From contig OX597834.1 of assembly GCA_951406725.2 (NCBI GenBank), positions 41,726,001 through 41,790,000 of the forward strand: a DNA stretch of 64,000 nucleotides. Direction: 5' to 3'. This document shows positions 13,537-25,761 of this stretch, piece after piece (positions within the stretch are counted from its first letter, which is position 1; each line of letters opens with the position of its first letter). Under the pieces are notes generated by a model, which saw only the letters and a program-made list of their open reading frames with translations, was not told where the DNA came from and ran no database searches. This stretch comes from Octopus vulgaris (taxonomy: Eukaryota). Made by a program: the position numbers and the translations under genes.

Positions 13537-15952
13537 ATCGTATTTCTTCATCGTTTTTAAAAAATGCGAGGTCAAGAGGTTAAAGAGATCCAGAGGTTAA
13601 TGGAGATTTAAGCTTTTGGCTCTTCTATTGTTAAGCATCATGATCGTAAGATTGTGGTTTCGATTCCTGGACCGGGCGACGCGTTGTGTTTTTGAGCAAA
13701 ACACTTCATTTCGCATTGCCCCAGTCCACTCAGCTGGCAAAAAAAAAATTGAGTAACGCTGCGATGGACTGGCGTCCCGTCCAGCTGGGGAACACATACG
13801 CCATGGAAACCGGAAAACCGGGCCCATGAACCTGGCTAGGCTTTAAAAGGGCGCATTTATTTATTTACATATTTTAGGCATCAGGTGGTGAGTTGGCAGA
13901 ATTGGCGGCACGCCGACGGCATTTCGTTCATCTTTACGTTGAGTTCAAATTCCGCCAAGGTCGACTTTGCCATTTATCCTTTCGGGGCCGATAAAATAAG
14001 TACCAGTTGAACACTGGGGTCGATGTATTCGACATCCACCTCCCCCCAAATGTCAGGCCTTGTGCCTATTGAAGGAAGAATTATTACTCTAGTTCTTAAA
14101 GCGGCAAGCTGGCAGAATTGTTAGCGGCATTTCGTCCGTCTTTACGTTCTGAGTTCAAATTCCACCGAGGTCGACTTTGCATTTCATCCTTTCGATGTCG
14201 ATAAAATAGGTACCAGCTGAACACTGGGGTCGATGTAATCGACTTACTCCCGCCTCAAAACTTACTGGTCTTGCGCCAAAATTTGAAACCATCATTAGAG
14301 AAAGCCTTTTATCAAAGACATTCCAGCCTTGACCCTTCCATCAGTTTTTATCATAGGCACGGTATACCTAGGATGTGGGGTGGTAGACTTAATCAGTCAC
14401 TCGGTTTAACATCACTCTCTGGTCATTGAAGGACTTTAACGAGTGCTCTTAGCTGCAAGGAATCAGACACGACTCTGGATTCAGAAACACCTCCTCCACT
14501 CTTCTCACCAGTCTCAAAGGCCCTGAAAAAAAGAGTAAAAGATCATGGGTACTTAAACCAACCCTGGCTAAAATCTAAAAGATGACCACATTGACCAATG
14601 TGTTTTCCTGGGAGTTTTCTTGGTTACTTTTTTTAGGCGATTTTTTTCTCTTCTCAAATCGCTTTTCCCTCTCTCTCTCTCTACCCTCCCCTCCCACTCT
14701 CTATTATGCTGTTCTTTCTCTTTAAATATATTCTTTCTACTCACTAATTTTCTATTATTTTAATTTAACAAAGAAGTTTGCAACATGAATAGGTGGATGT
14801 CGTTTTCGTAACCTTCGAAATTCTCGTTTCTAGTTTAACTGACGTTTGTCCTAATCGTCCACGCTTGTTTTCATATTTTTATTTATCCCTTGCTTCATTC
14901 GCTCTTAGTAACGCAAAACTTTCTTTTCATAAGTCTCAAGTTACTCTGACGGTTTGACAAAAATTGGTTAAGTGTATCCTAGATGATGCATGGACGTCGG
15001 GGAAATAAGTTTTGTGTCACATGATACACAGGACATGCAAAATTTGAAATGTGTGTAATATATACTGCATGGAAACCAGAGAAATATGTAATGTGAGCCA
15101 CATGTAATACACAGGACACGTAAAGGGTTAAACGTATACAACAGGAATCGAACGACAACTCAAGCTGTTTCCAATGTAAATCTAGTATTTCCTAACAAAC
15201 TCGTCTCGGCATGTAACAAACTTAAGGCAAGGAGCATTAAAAGATAACGCGAACTTAACTTCTTCTGTGTCGTTCATCTATTTATTTTCTATGCAATTCT
15301 ATTTTCTCACAACAACCAAAGCACAGCCGTCACTACTCAGCCAAATACACTGAAGTTTACGCTTTGCTGAAGAGGTCATAATAAGCCCAAAGCAAGTCTG
15401 TGTCACTCCGGTACTTGCCGAAATAAGGAAAGCAATATCAATCGTTAATTAACAATATTTCTCATCACAATTTTTGGTTAACTTTTTAATCCCCAATCTA
15501 TTAAATAGTCTGATCTCAACTTAACTAGAAAATGCAAATTACACACAAACATCTTTCAATCGGCTGTTTCCTACATTTTAATTTGGATGTCTTCTGGATA
15601 AACGCTTGAAATGAGTGTAAGGTAGCTGTGTAGTAAACAAGTTTGCTTCCCGACCACATGGCTTGGGGTGGGGGTTCAGTCCCACTGCGCAGAAGCTTGG
15701 GCAAATGCCTTCTACTAAAACCTCAGGCTGACCAAAAGATTTGGGAGTGGATTTTGCAGACTGACAGTAAAAGGAGCCCATCGTAAATGTATATGAGTGT
15801 GGTTGTGTGTGTGTGTGTGTGTGTGTGTGTTTATAGCCCACCACCGCTTGACAACCGGTGTTGGTATGTTTACTTCCCCTTAGCTAAGAGGTTCGGCAAA
15901 AAGAAACTGATAAAATAAATGCCAGGCTTTACAAATAATAATAATAATCATG

Positions 15953-16004
<52 letters not shown>

Positions 16005-16425
16005 TAATAACAATAATAATTACTGGGGTCGATTAAAGTTCTTCAATAATCACTGGGGTCGATTAAGGTGCCCCAGCATGGCCGCAGTCAAAAGACTGAA
16101 ACAACTAAAAGACGAGACCCGAAACCCTTTTTATTTTATTACTCTTCCACAAAGAATAGAAAAACTATTCATTTCTTGCTTATCTAGAAACAAAGCATTG
16201 TCAAAATTTATATGAAGATCAACAGGTAAAGGTGAGACAACAAGCATTGCATTGGTGTGCGAGATAAGACACGGGTATTAACGAATGGATTGGAGTAATT
16301 TAAGATCGTCTTTTACAGGTAATAATAGACTATGCTTCTCTAATCCTATTAAGAAATTACCCTACCGCGACATGTTGGCGCATGCCCTACTTACAACCCA
16401 CCTGAAGTACGTCCACTGTTAACTT

Positions 16426-16437
16426 GTATGTGTGTAC

Positions 16438-16490
<53 letters not shown>

Positions 16491-16532
16491 CATCCATTTA
16501 GATAGATAGACAGACAGACACGGAAACGCCCG

Positions 16533-16591
<59 letters not shown>

Positions 16592-17221
16592 AAACACACA
16601 CACACATATATAAATTCCAAGTGTCTAATGTTCGGTAATATATTTTTCTGTATACATTCATAAAACTCAGATACACACATATATATATATATTCATACAT
16701 ATATATACATATATACATATATATGCATATATATATATATACATATACACATATATATACATATATATATACATATACACATATATATACATATATATAT
16801 ATATATACATACACACATATATATATATACATACACATATATATACATTTATATATATATATACATACACATATATATACATATATATATATATACACAT
16901 ATATATGTATATACATATATATATATATATAACATATCTACATACATATATATACATATATGCATATATATACATATATACATACATATATATATACATA
17001 TATATGCATATATATACAATATATGCATATATATACATATATATATATATACATATATAGATACATACATATATATACTTATATATATATACATATATAG
17101 ATACATACATATATATACTTATATATATATATACATAAATACGTACATTTACATACATAATATATATATACATATACATATATACATACATATGTGTTTA
17201 TATATATACATATGTATATAT
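16426..17221. repeat. Compound (TA)/(CA) low-complexity array. Similar arrays at 28998-29982 and 42755-43340.
   Basis: Read directly. Source of the Y/I/M/C/V-rich spurious ORFs. Confidence 0.95.
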
Positions 17222-17264
17222 AACTAATGTAGGATAAGATTTTTTCGAAAGAAAAATTTTTTAT

Positions 17265-18069
17265 CAATGGCCAGCATATCAAAAAATACCTTTAAAGGTT
17301 AAATTTATAAATAACTTATAAAATAAGGGCAAGAGAAAAATTCTAATGCCAAATATGCCGAAAAAAGAGAAAATTGTCAATAACCATTATAATTTATGCG
17401 TCTCGAAACATACCGATAGAAATTTCTAAAAAATTCCGTTATAACCGTATTGGTCCCAATTTCGGGGTTAATTCATAAGAATTTTCCCCTCGTCAGCGAT
17501 TAATACGTAAGACATAAATGGAATACTTACTCATACCCATGGAAAAAGCAAGCACCAAGTCCTGAGCAGACCTAAGTACCCCAAATATATCCAAAATAGA
17601 AAATCTTCAGCATATCTCGAGACACGTGTGATTCGATCTAGAAACTTTCATAGAGTGAGAGAATCCGGAAGTGAACACTATTAAATTTATAACTAAAGGT
17701 TATAAAGGTATTTTTTGATATGCTGGCCATTGCGTTGAGGTGTTCTGTGAACATTGATAGAATTTGGAAATTAGGATTAAGATTCTTAGCACACCTTTCT
17801 ATGTGTTCACAAGCCTGTAATTGTCTGTATTGTGGGTGGCGGATTTGTTCTTTGTGGAGAGTGGCTCTTCGCTGGAGTGATATTCCTGTTTGGCCAATAT
17901 AGTCGTTACCACATCCTAAGCATGTCATGGCATAGATTACATTTTCCGAGGCACAGGTGAAATTTGATTTGATCTTAAATATTTCCCTTTGCTTAAAGTG
18001 GAATTCTGAACCCACCAAAAGGTGGGGGCATGTTCCACAGTTAGGTCGACCACAACAAACAGAGATCAA
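17265..18069 (-). mobile_element. Penelope-like element remnant: Cys-rich segment, GIY-YIG endonuclease and 3' pLTR-like segment
   Basis: ORF 17638-18069 contains CGRPNCGTC...NVIYAMTCLGCGNDYIGQTG.SL..R...H (GIY-YIG with CxxC, typical of PLE ORF ends). It is followed by a segment containing a hammerhead fold. The ORF is truncated and rearranged near 17732. Confidence 0.85.
17442..17502 (-). ncRNA. Type I hammerhead ribozyme (canonical core)
   Basis: The minus strand reads UAAUCG-CUGACGA-GGGG(AA AAUUC UUAU GAAUU AA)CCCC-GAA-AUUG GGAC CAAU-A-CGGUUA. All three stems pair, the core is invariant, and the cleavage triplet is AUA. Confidence 0.8.
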
Positions 18070-18164
18070 TAAGTACTAGGTTGAATTAATTACTAGGGTT
18101 GATAGAATCGTCTATAATCTTTAATGACTGTTCCACAGCATGATGCAATCCAAAGACTAAAACC

Positions 18165-18212
<48 letters not shown>

Positions 18213-18385
18213 GTATATATATATAGGCACAGGAGTGGCTGTGTGGTAAGTAGCTTGCTTACCAACCACATTATTCTAGGTTCAGTCCCACTGCATGGCA
18301 CCTTGGGCAAGCGTCTTCTGCTATAGCCTTCAGTCAATCAGAGCCTTGTAAGTGGATTTGGTAGATGCAAACTGAAGGCTCATCG

Positions 18386-18417
<32 letters not shown>

Positions 18418-19431
18418 TGTGTATATGGTTGTGTGTCTGTGTTTGTCCCCCCACCTTCGCTTAACAACTAATGTTGGTGTGTTTACGTCCCTGTAACTTA
18501 GCAGTTCAGCAAAAGAGACCGATAGCATAAATACTAGGCTTACAAAGAGTAAGTCTTGGGGTCGATTTGCTCTACTAAAGGCGGTGCTCCAGTATGGCCA
18601 CAGTCAAATGACTGAAACAAATAAAAGAATACTACATACACTAGCACTCCATCACTTACAATGACAAGGGTTCCAACAGAACAGCTTGGTTGTGAGATTA
18701 ACTTGCAAGTGGCTGAGTATTCCACAGACACACATACCATACTCCTCAAGGAGACTCAGCATGACACAGAGTATGACAAAGGCTGGCCCCTTGAAAAACA
18801 GGTACTACTCATTTTTGCCAGCTGAGTGGACTGGAGCAACGGGGAATAAAGTGTCTTGCTCAAGGACACAATGTGCCACCGGGAATTGAACTCGCGGCCC
18901 TACAATTGTGAGCCTATATATATATATATATCAGAGTAAGAGGTATGACAGTGTGGTAAGAAGTTTGCTTCCCAACCCCATGGCTTGGGGTTCAGTCTCA
19001 TTGCATGGCACCTTGGGCAAATGTCTTCTACTAAAGCCTCAGTCCGACCAGAGACTTATAAGTGGATCTCATAGAAGAAAACCGAAAAATGCCCATCTTT
19101 CTCTCTCTCTACTTATATATATATATATATATATATATGTCTGTGAGTCTGTCTTTGTTCCACCACCACTTGACAACCAATGCTGGTGTGTTTACATCAC
19201 TTTAACATAGCGATTCAGCAAAAGCAACCAATAAAATGAGTGTTGGACTTTAAGAAAATAAGGATTGAGGGTGATAGATTCAACTAAAAATTTTTCAAGA
19301 CTGGGCTATAGTCTAATGACTCAAACAAGTAAAAGTTAAAAAGATACACACAAACGGAGACACACAGACAGACAACTTGTTGAGTACCAATGGAAAAAAT
19401 GAAATTGATATATAATATAAAGCAAAGGTAT

Positions 19432-19856
19432 AGGCGCAGGAGAGGCTGTGTGGTAAGTAGCTTGCTTACCAACCACATGGTTCCGGGTTCAGTCCCATTG
19501 CGTGGCATCTTGGGCAAGTGTCTTCTGCTATAGCCCTGGGCCGACCAATGCCTTGTGAGTGGATTTGGTAGACGGAAACTGAAAGAAGCCTGTCGTATAT
19601 ATGTATATATATATATATATGTGTGTGTATGTGTTTGTGTGTCTGTGTTTGTCCCTCTAGCATTGCTTGACAACCGATGCTGGTGTGTTTACGTCCCCGT
19701 CACTTAGCGGTTCGGCAAAAGAGACCGATAGAATAAGTACTGGGCTTACAAAAGAATAAGTCCCGGGGTCGAGTTGCTCGATTAAAAGGCGGTGCTCCAG
19801 CATGGCTGCAGTCAAATGACTGAAACAAGTAAAAGAGTAAAAGAGAGAGTAAAGAG
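19432..19856 (+). mobile_element. SINE family B (CORE-like 'ccttgggcaagt', internal (TA/TG)n). Other copies at 12116-12496 (-), 18226-18630, 15620-15930, 28397-28560, 46110-46400, 49420-49702 (-) and 57180-57350.
   Basis: Head ggcgcaggagaggctgtgtggtaag...ggttcagtccc and tail aaatgactgaaacaagtaaaagag recur throughout the window. Confidence 0.88.
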
Positions 19857-20039
19857 TATCACAAACCTAAGGAGGATATAACCCTCCTTATATCAACCTT
19901 GGAAGGATGAAGAGCAAAGATAACCGAAGGTAGATCTGAACACAGAAATAATTAACAAGACAATCGGTTATTTTTTGAAAAGTTTTTTGAAAGGTTTTAT
20001 TGCAAAGTAATAAAAAAATTAAATTATAAAGAGTCAACA

Positions 20040-21670
20040 TTTATCTTACACAGTATTATATCACACATAATCATTAACAGAGTATAATATTATTCATATC
20101 TTTTAACACAGTAGTATCACGTCATATATCACTTTTAACATAGGATCATGATTGTATATGACTTCAACATAGTATCATAGTTATGTTTTTTATTATATTA
20201 TCTTGCCACATGTGACTAACTTATATCATATGTGACTTTAACAACTATATGTCGTAGATGACTAGTAAAGTACCATGCCCTATCTGACTTTTAACAAGTC
20301 ATTGTTTACACACACACAGACACACACACCCATCCACCTACCCACCCACACACATATGCGCATACATCTTTACTATATTATATCATATATATATGACTAA
20401 CATAGCATCATTTCATATAAGAATTTAACAATTTAACATAGTAGAATGTCATACAAGACTTTAAGACACTACCCTGTCATGCATGTATTTAACATAGTAT
20501 GTATAACCTTATGTTCTATATGGAATTTCAACATAGTATAATGTCATATACTTTCACATAGTATCACATAACATACTATATCATGTCGTATGACTTTAAC
20601 ACACTATCATTTCCTTTATGACTCTAAAATAGTATCACGCCATACGCGATATTATTTAGTACCATCTCGTATATGACTTTAGCATAGCATCATGTCATAC
20701 ATACTGGGAAGTGACTTATTATACATCACAATAATACAGTGCCATGTCATACATACTAGGGCAAAACAATTTGTTTCATATGGTCATGGCATACTTACTA
20801 AGACATAACTGTAATGAGTATTATGTCATACATGCTGGAACACAGTATCATGTCATACAAGCAGGAACATATCTTGCTATGTAAGACAGCATCATGCCAT
20901 ACCAACCTGGACAAAGTATATTGTAATATAAGTATGACTGTAAAAGTATCATGTTATACAAATTTAGACATAATATATATGACTGTAATACAGCATCATG
21001 GCATACAGGCTAGGTCATATTGCTATACATGAGTAATACAGTGTTGTCATACATATTTGGACACAGTGTCTTGTGATATATATGTACAAGTGTAACACAT
21101 TGTTATACATAATTAGACATGATACCTTGCTATATACATGTACAAAACAGTGTCATATACATACTGGGCATAGCATGTTGTAATACATTCATGACTGTAA
21201 CACAGTGTTATACATACTTTGACATAATATCTTGCTATATATGTAGATATAAGACTGTGCCATGTCATATATATACTTGGATATATTATGCATGAGTGTA
21301 ATACAATATCATGTCATACATACTTGAACATAGCCTCTTGTTATATATAAGTGAAATACAATTCTCATTTCATATGTACTTAGACATAACATCTTATATA
21401 TGAATAAGACAGTGTCATGTCATAAGTACTGGAATATGACATGTTGTAACATGTGTATGACTCAATCAATTTCATGTAATACATACTTGAACATAAGATT
21501 TTGTTATATACGACTGCAACCACAGTATTGTCATATATAACTGGACATAGTGTCTTGTGATATAAGTGTAATACAGTGTCACGTCATACATACTTGGACA
21601 TAATATCTTCTTATATATGACTGTAATACAGTAATACAATTATATATGCTTTTGTATAGTATCATCTTAT
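20040..21670. repeat. Degenerate minisatellite array (~28-bp unit grading into a ~54-bp unit)
   Basis: Recurrent atatgactttaacatagtatcatgtcat, then atgactgtaatacagtgtcatgtcatacatacttggacataatatcttgttatat. Confidence 0.75.
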
Positions 21671-22848
21671 ATACATTAAACACAGCAAACAGGAAGATTC
21701 ACATTGTTGCATAAAGTTTGTGTGTGTGTGTGTGTGTGTGTAGGTGTATTTCAGTATCTGCAGGTGGATCGCTAGAGCATACAGCTGTGTAAGGCTATGA
21801 ATATACATATATATATATACATACATATATACGTAAATTCATTCATACTTACATATATGAATGTGTATGTGTGTATGTGTGTGTGTGAATAAGTTATTCA
21901 GTTATGCCGAGAATTTTATGTAAACGTATATGTATATGATAGTGTGTGTGTGGGTGTGTATTGCAGTATCTGCAGGTGGATTACTAGAGTATACAGTTGT
22001 GTAAGGCTATAAATACACACACACACACATATATATATATATACACACACACATATATATATATATACACACACACACACATACATGCAGGGTGGGTCAT
22101 AAGACGTAGGACTCAGTTTCTGGGAAGTGATGCTGTTGTTGCTCTGCAGGTTTATTAGCGACAGTTTTGAAAGTTACTGAATCTGGATCTTGTATCATGT
22201 TGTTAATGCTCTTTGATGTCCCAAACTCATTGGACAAAGAATTGGGAGTCAAAAGTATCCCCCAATTAAGAAGTCATACGTATCAACGCAAAAACAGGAA
22301 TTAGGCACTACTTTTGACCCACCCTGTGTGTGTATGTGTGTGTGTGTATTCGTTTTAATGTGTGCATATATCCATGACTGTGTAACTGTGTCTACATGTA
22401 TATGCAAATGGGTAGAAGCTTGTCTGTTGCTGCATGTGTGTGTGCGTGTGTGTGTGAGTGCATCAGTGTGTGTAGCAGGCCAGTATGTGTGTTTCTGTAA
22501 TTTCTTGTATCTGTGTCGGAATAAGCACAATTACAAGCATAAGTGCATGTCTGCATAAGAGGAAATTTTTCCTGTTCAACCATCTCGTTGTGAGGTGGGA
22601 TCTCTGTCAGTTTTCTATGCTATGAAATCAGGGACCAGATTTGGTTAATAGTCTGAGCAAACCACACAGACCCAGAACCCAGTTTTTACAGGTGGAAGAA
22701 ATAAACCTAGGAATCATTCAATTAACATTTGCTCTAAGTTTATGCCACAAACAGAATCCCTTTTTCTATCAAGAGAGAGGAGAAAATAAAGAGAGAGAGA
22801 GTGTGTATGTGGTAAGGGATAGAGAGAGGAATTGAGAAAGTGAGAGAC

Positions 22849-22991
22849 GAGTAAGAGACAGAGTTATTGATTGTGAGGGGACAAGAGTAAGGGACAGAGT
22901 TATTGATTGTGAGGGGACAAGAGTAAGGGATAGAGTTATTGATTGTGAGGGGACAAGAGTAAGGGACAGAGTTATTGATTGTGAGGGGACA
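22849..22991. repeat. 36-bp tandem repeat, about 4 copies
   Basis: gagtaagggacagagttattgattgtgaggggacaa starts at 22849, 22885, 22921 and 22957, with near-identical units. Confidence 0.95.
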
Positions 22992-25528
22992 TTTGTCTTA
23001 TAAATAAAAGGAAGAAAATTAGAACAACAATGAAGGAGTAGAAAATAGAATATAAAGTGAGAAAAAAGGGGAAAGGTGTGGTTTGACTGCTATATATTGC
23101 AGAACAAACAACCATGTGGTGACTATGATCTGGAGGTTGTGAATGCTTGTTTGTGATGTGGTTGATATCTTTCCATTATGTAATGGGAAATGAAACACTT
23201 TTAAGTGAGGGCTGGGCACAGCAAGATACATATTCAATAAAAGAAACACAAATGTAAAGAGAAAAGAAAATTTAATTACTATTTAATATCAGCTTCAAAT
23301 TTTGGCACAAGGCCAGCAATTCCAAGGAGTGGGAAAGTTGATTGCATTGACCCCAAAAGGATGAACGGTAAAGTTGACTTCAGCAGAATCTAATTATTAT
23401 TGAAATCAGTTTCGAATTTTGGCACAAGGCCAGCAATTTCAAGGAGTGAGTAAGTCGACTGCATCAACCCCAGTGACCAACTGGTACTTATTTTATCAAC
23501 CCTGAATGGATGAAGACAGAATTTGATTATTATTAATATCACCTTCTGACACCCATCCCACCCTCAATCTCTTGACTATGACACTACACATCCAAGTGCT
23601 GCAAATGATATCATTTATACCCCCAACACTTTACTAATGACTTTATCACATCCTCCTCTCTTCTTCACATTTATTTCCTTCCTTCACTTCTCAAACCGAT
23701 ATTCACTCTCTCCAACTCGTCTCAAATCATGTCACACTATTTTCACACATTAGCACACTTATCTTCCTCTCTCATATTCACCTTGGCTTTTGAAGGTATG
23801 TCCTCACCATCTCTCTCTCTCTCATTTTCCAGTTGGAGAAGCCTTACATTCACCCTTTCTTCAACAAGACACCTGTTCCTGTCACTCTATCATATTTCAC
23901 ATCTTTCAACGCCATAGCGAACTCAGATGAGGGGTCTTGTCATGTAGGTACTTGGTGATCTCGTTAAGGGCTATTGCCACACAAAAAAAAGCACACAGTA
24001 CACACTATAAACTGGTTGGCATTAAAAAGGACATCCAGCCATAGAAACCCTGCCAAAGCAGACACTGGAGCTTGGCACAACTGCCCAGCCCTCTGGTTCA
24101 TAGGTTCCCATTGAACCACCCAGCCTATGCCACCATAGAAAAAGGGACATTAATTAATGATGATGATGATCATCATTATTACATAACTGAAAACTTTGTC
24201 TTTGGATTTTCTCAGTACAATATTGTTAACAAACTAAATCATTAGCATTTGACTGCTTTATCTAGCAGCCAGCCACAACCCTTCTCCACACGTTGCAAGC
24301 TCCATAATCAATTGCAGGCCTCATAGTCAGATGATTAGCTTTGGCCACCAATGGAACATGAACCCCTAGCAGAATTTGAAGTCAGAACATAAGGAACTAC
24401 AACAGATGTTGCAGGGCACAAAAAAAAAAACCATCCGGTCCTTTAAGAATTCTGCCATTCAGCTGACTTGAACTTTATTTTTATTTACTTAGTTATTTAT
24501 TTTTATCCCGAAAGCAGGGAAGGGTTTGAACTTGGAGTGCAAAGAATTGAAACAAACCACATGAGGCATTTTATCTGATGTTCAATCAACACTGCCAATT
24601 CACTGCATTGTTGATGGCACTGGTAACTTCCACAGGCCACCCATGAACATCATCACCATTATCTAATGTCAGTTTTGTCTGTTTTCCATGCTGGCATTGG
24701 TTGGGCGGTTTGACAGAATTGGAAGCACATTGTGACCGGCAGTGTATAATGGGATCTGATGGTCTGGTATTGTGATATATATATATATATATATTTGAGA
24801 GAGAAAGAGAGAGGTACTTTTCATTAAAGCTGAGTAACAGTTTGTGAAGATTCTTTCAACTTTCAAAAAAAGAATATTACTCTACCTTTGATAATCAAGT
24901 ACTATGTTTCCCACCTTGTTTTGGATTTGTGTGCCCACCTTACTGTTTGTGTATGTGTGTGTGCATGTAGGTATATATTTACATATATACATATATACAT
25001 ACATACATACACATATATACACATATACATGACAGGCTTCCACATTTTCCACCCACCAGATTCACGAACAATGCATCAGTCAGTCTGCAGCTATAGTACA
25101 AGACACTTACCCAAAGTGCCATGCAGTGGGACTGAACCCAAAACTATATAGCTGCAAGGTGAGCTTCTTAACCACACAGCCATGCCTGCACCTATTCATC
25201 AAGAGTATTAGAGGAATGGCTATTCTTTTTTCTTTCTTTTTTTTTTTTTTGCAGATATATTTTTCTAGATTATTGAGTATAATATACACTTATTTGTTAG
25301 AATTGCAGAAAGAAATTTATATCTTGATACAGAATTTAACTCTTGAAGTCAAAGGGGAATCTATATGTAGTCACGTAGTTAGTTAGAAATAGCAGTAAAT
25401 TCTCCCTCAAATCAAAGTCCTAAAAAAAGAAAAGATTGAAAAATAGTCACACTTGGAATCCAGATTACATTATTCTTTATAAGTTTTTAAAAAAGAAATG
25501 TAGGTATGGTTTCAGGAAGGTATGGTTT

Positions 25529-25761
25529 AAAGGTGGTGAGCTGGCAGAAACGTTAGCACGCCAGGCGAAATGCGTAGCCGTATTTCGTCTGCCGTTACCT
25601 TCTGAGTTCAAATTCTGCCGTGGTTGACTTCGCCTTTCATCCTTTCAGGGTCGATTAAATAAGTACCAGTTATGCACTGGGGTCGATATAATCGACTTAA
25701 TCCGTTTATCTGTCCTTGTCTGTCTCCTCTGTGTTTAGCCCCTTGTGAGTAGTAAAGAAAT
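25529..25761 (+). mobile_element. tRNA-derived SINE, family A, with TSD
   Basis: Full-length copy with AGGTATGGTTT on both flanks. Confidence 0.88.

Noticed and set aside
15360-15435. CTGAAGAGG...CCGAAA hammerhead-like boxes
   Set aside because: Stem III and the UH site cannot be formed convincingly.
22849-22991. 36-bp repeats as a CRISPR array
   Set aside because: The units are head-to-tail with no spacers, the context is eukaryotic, and there are no cas genes.
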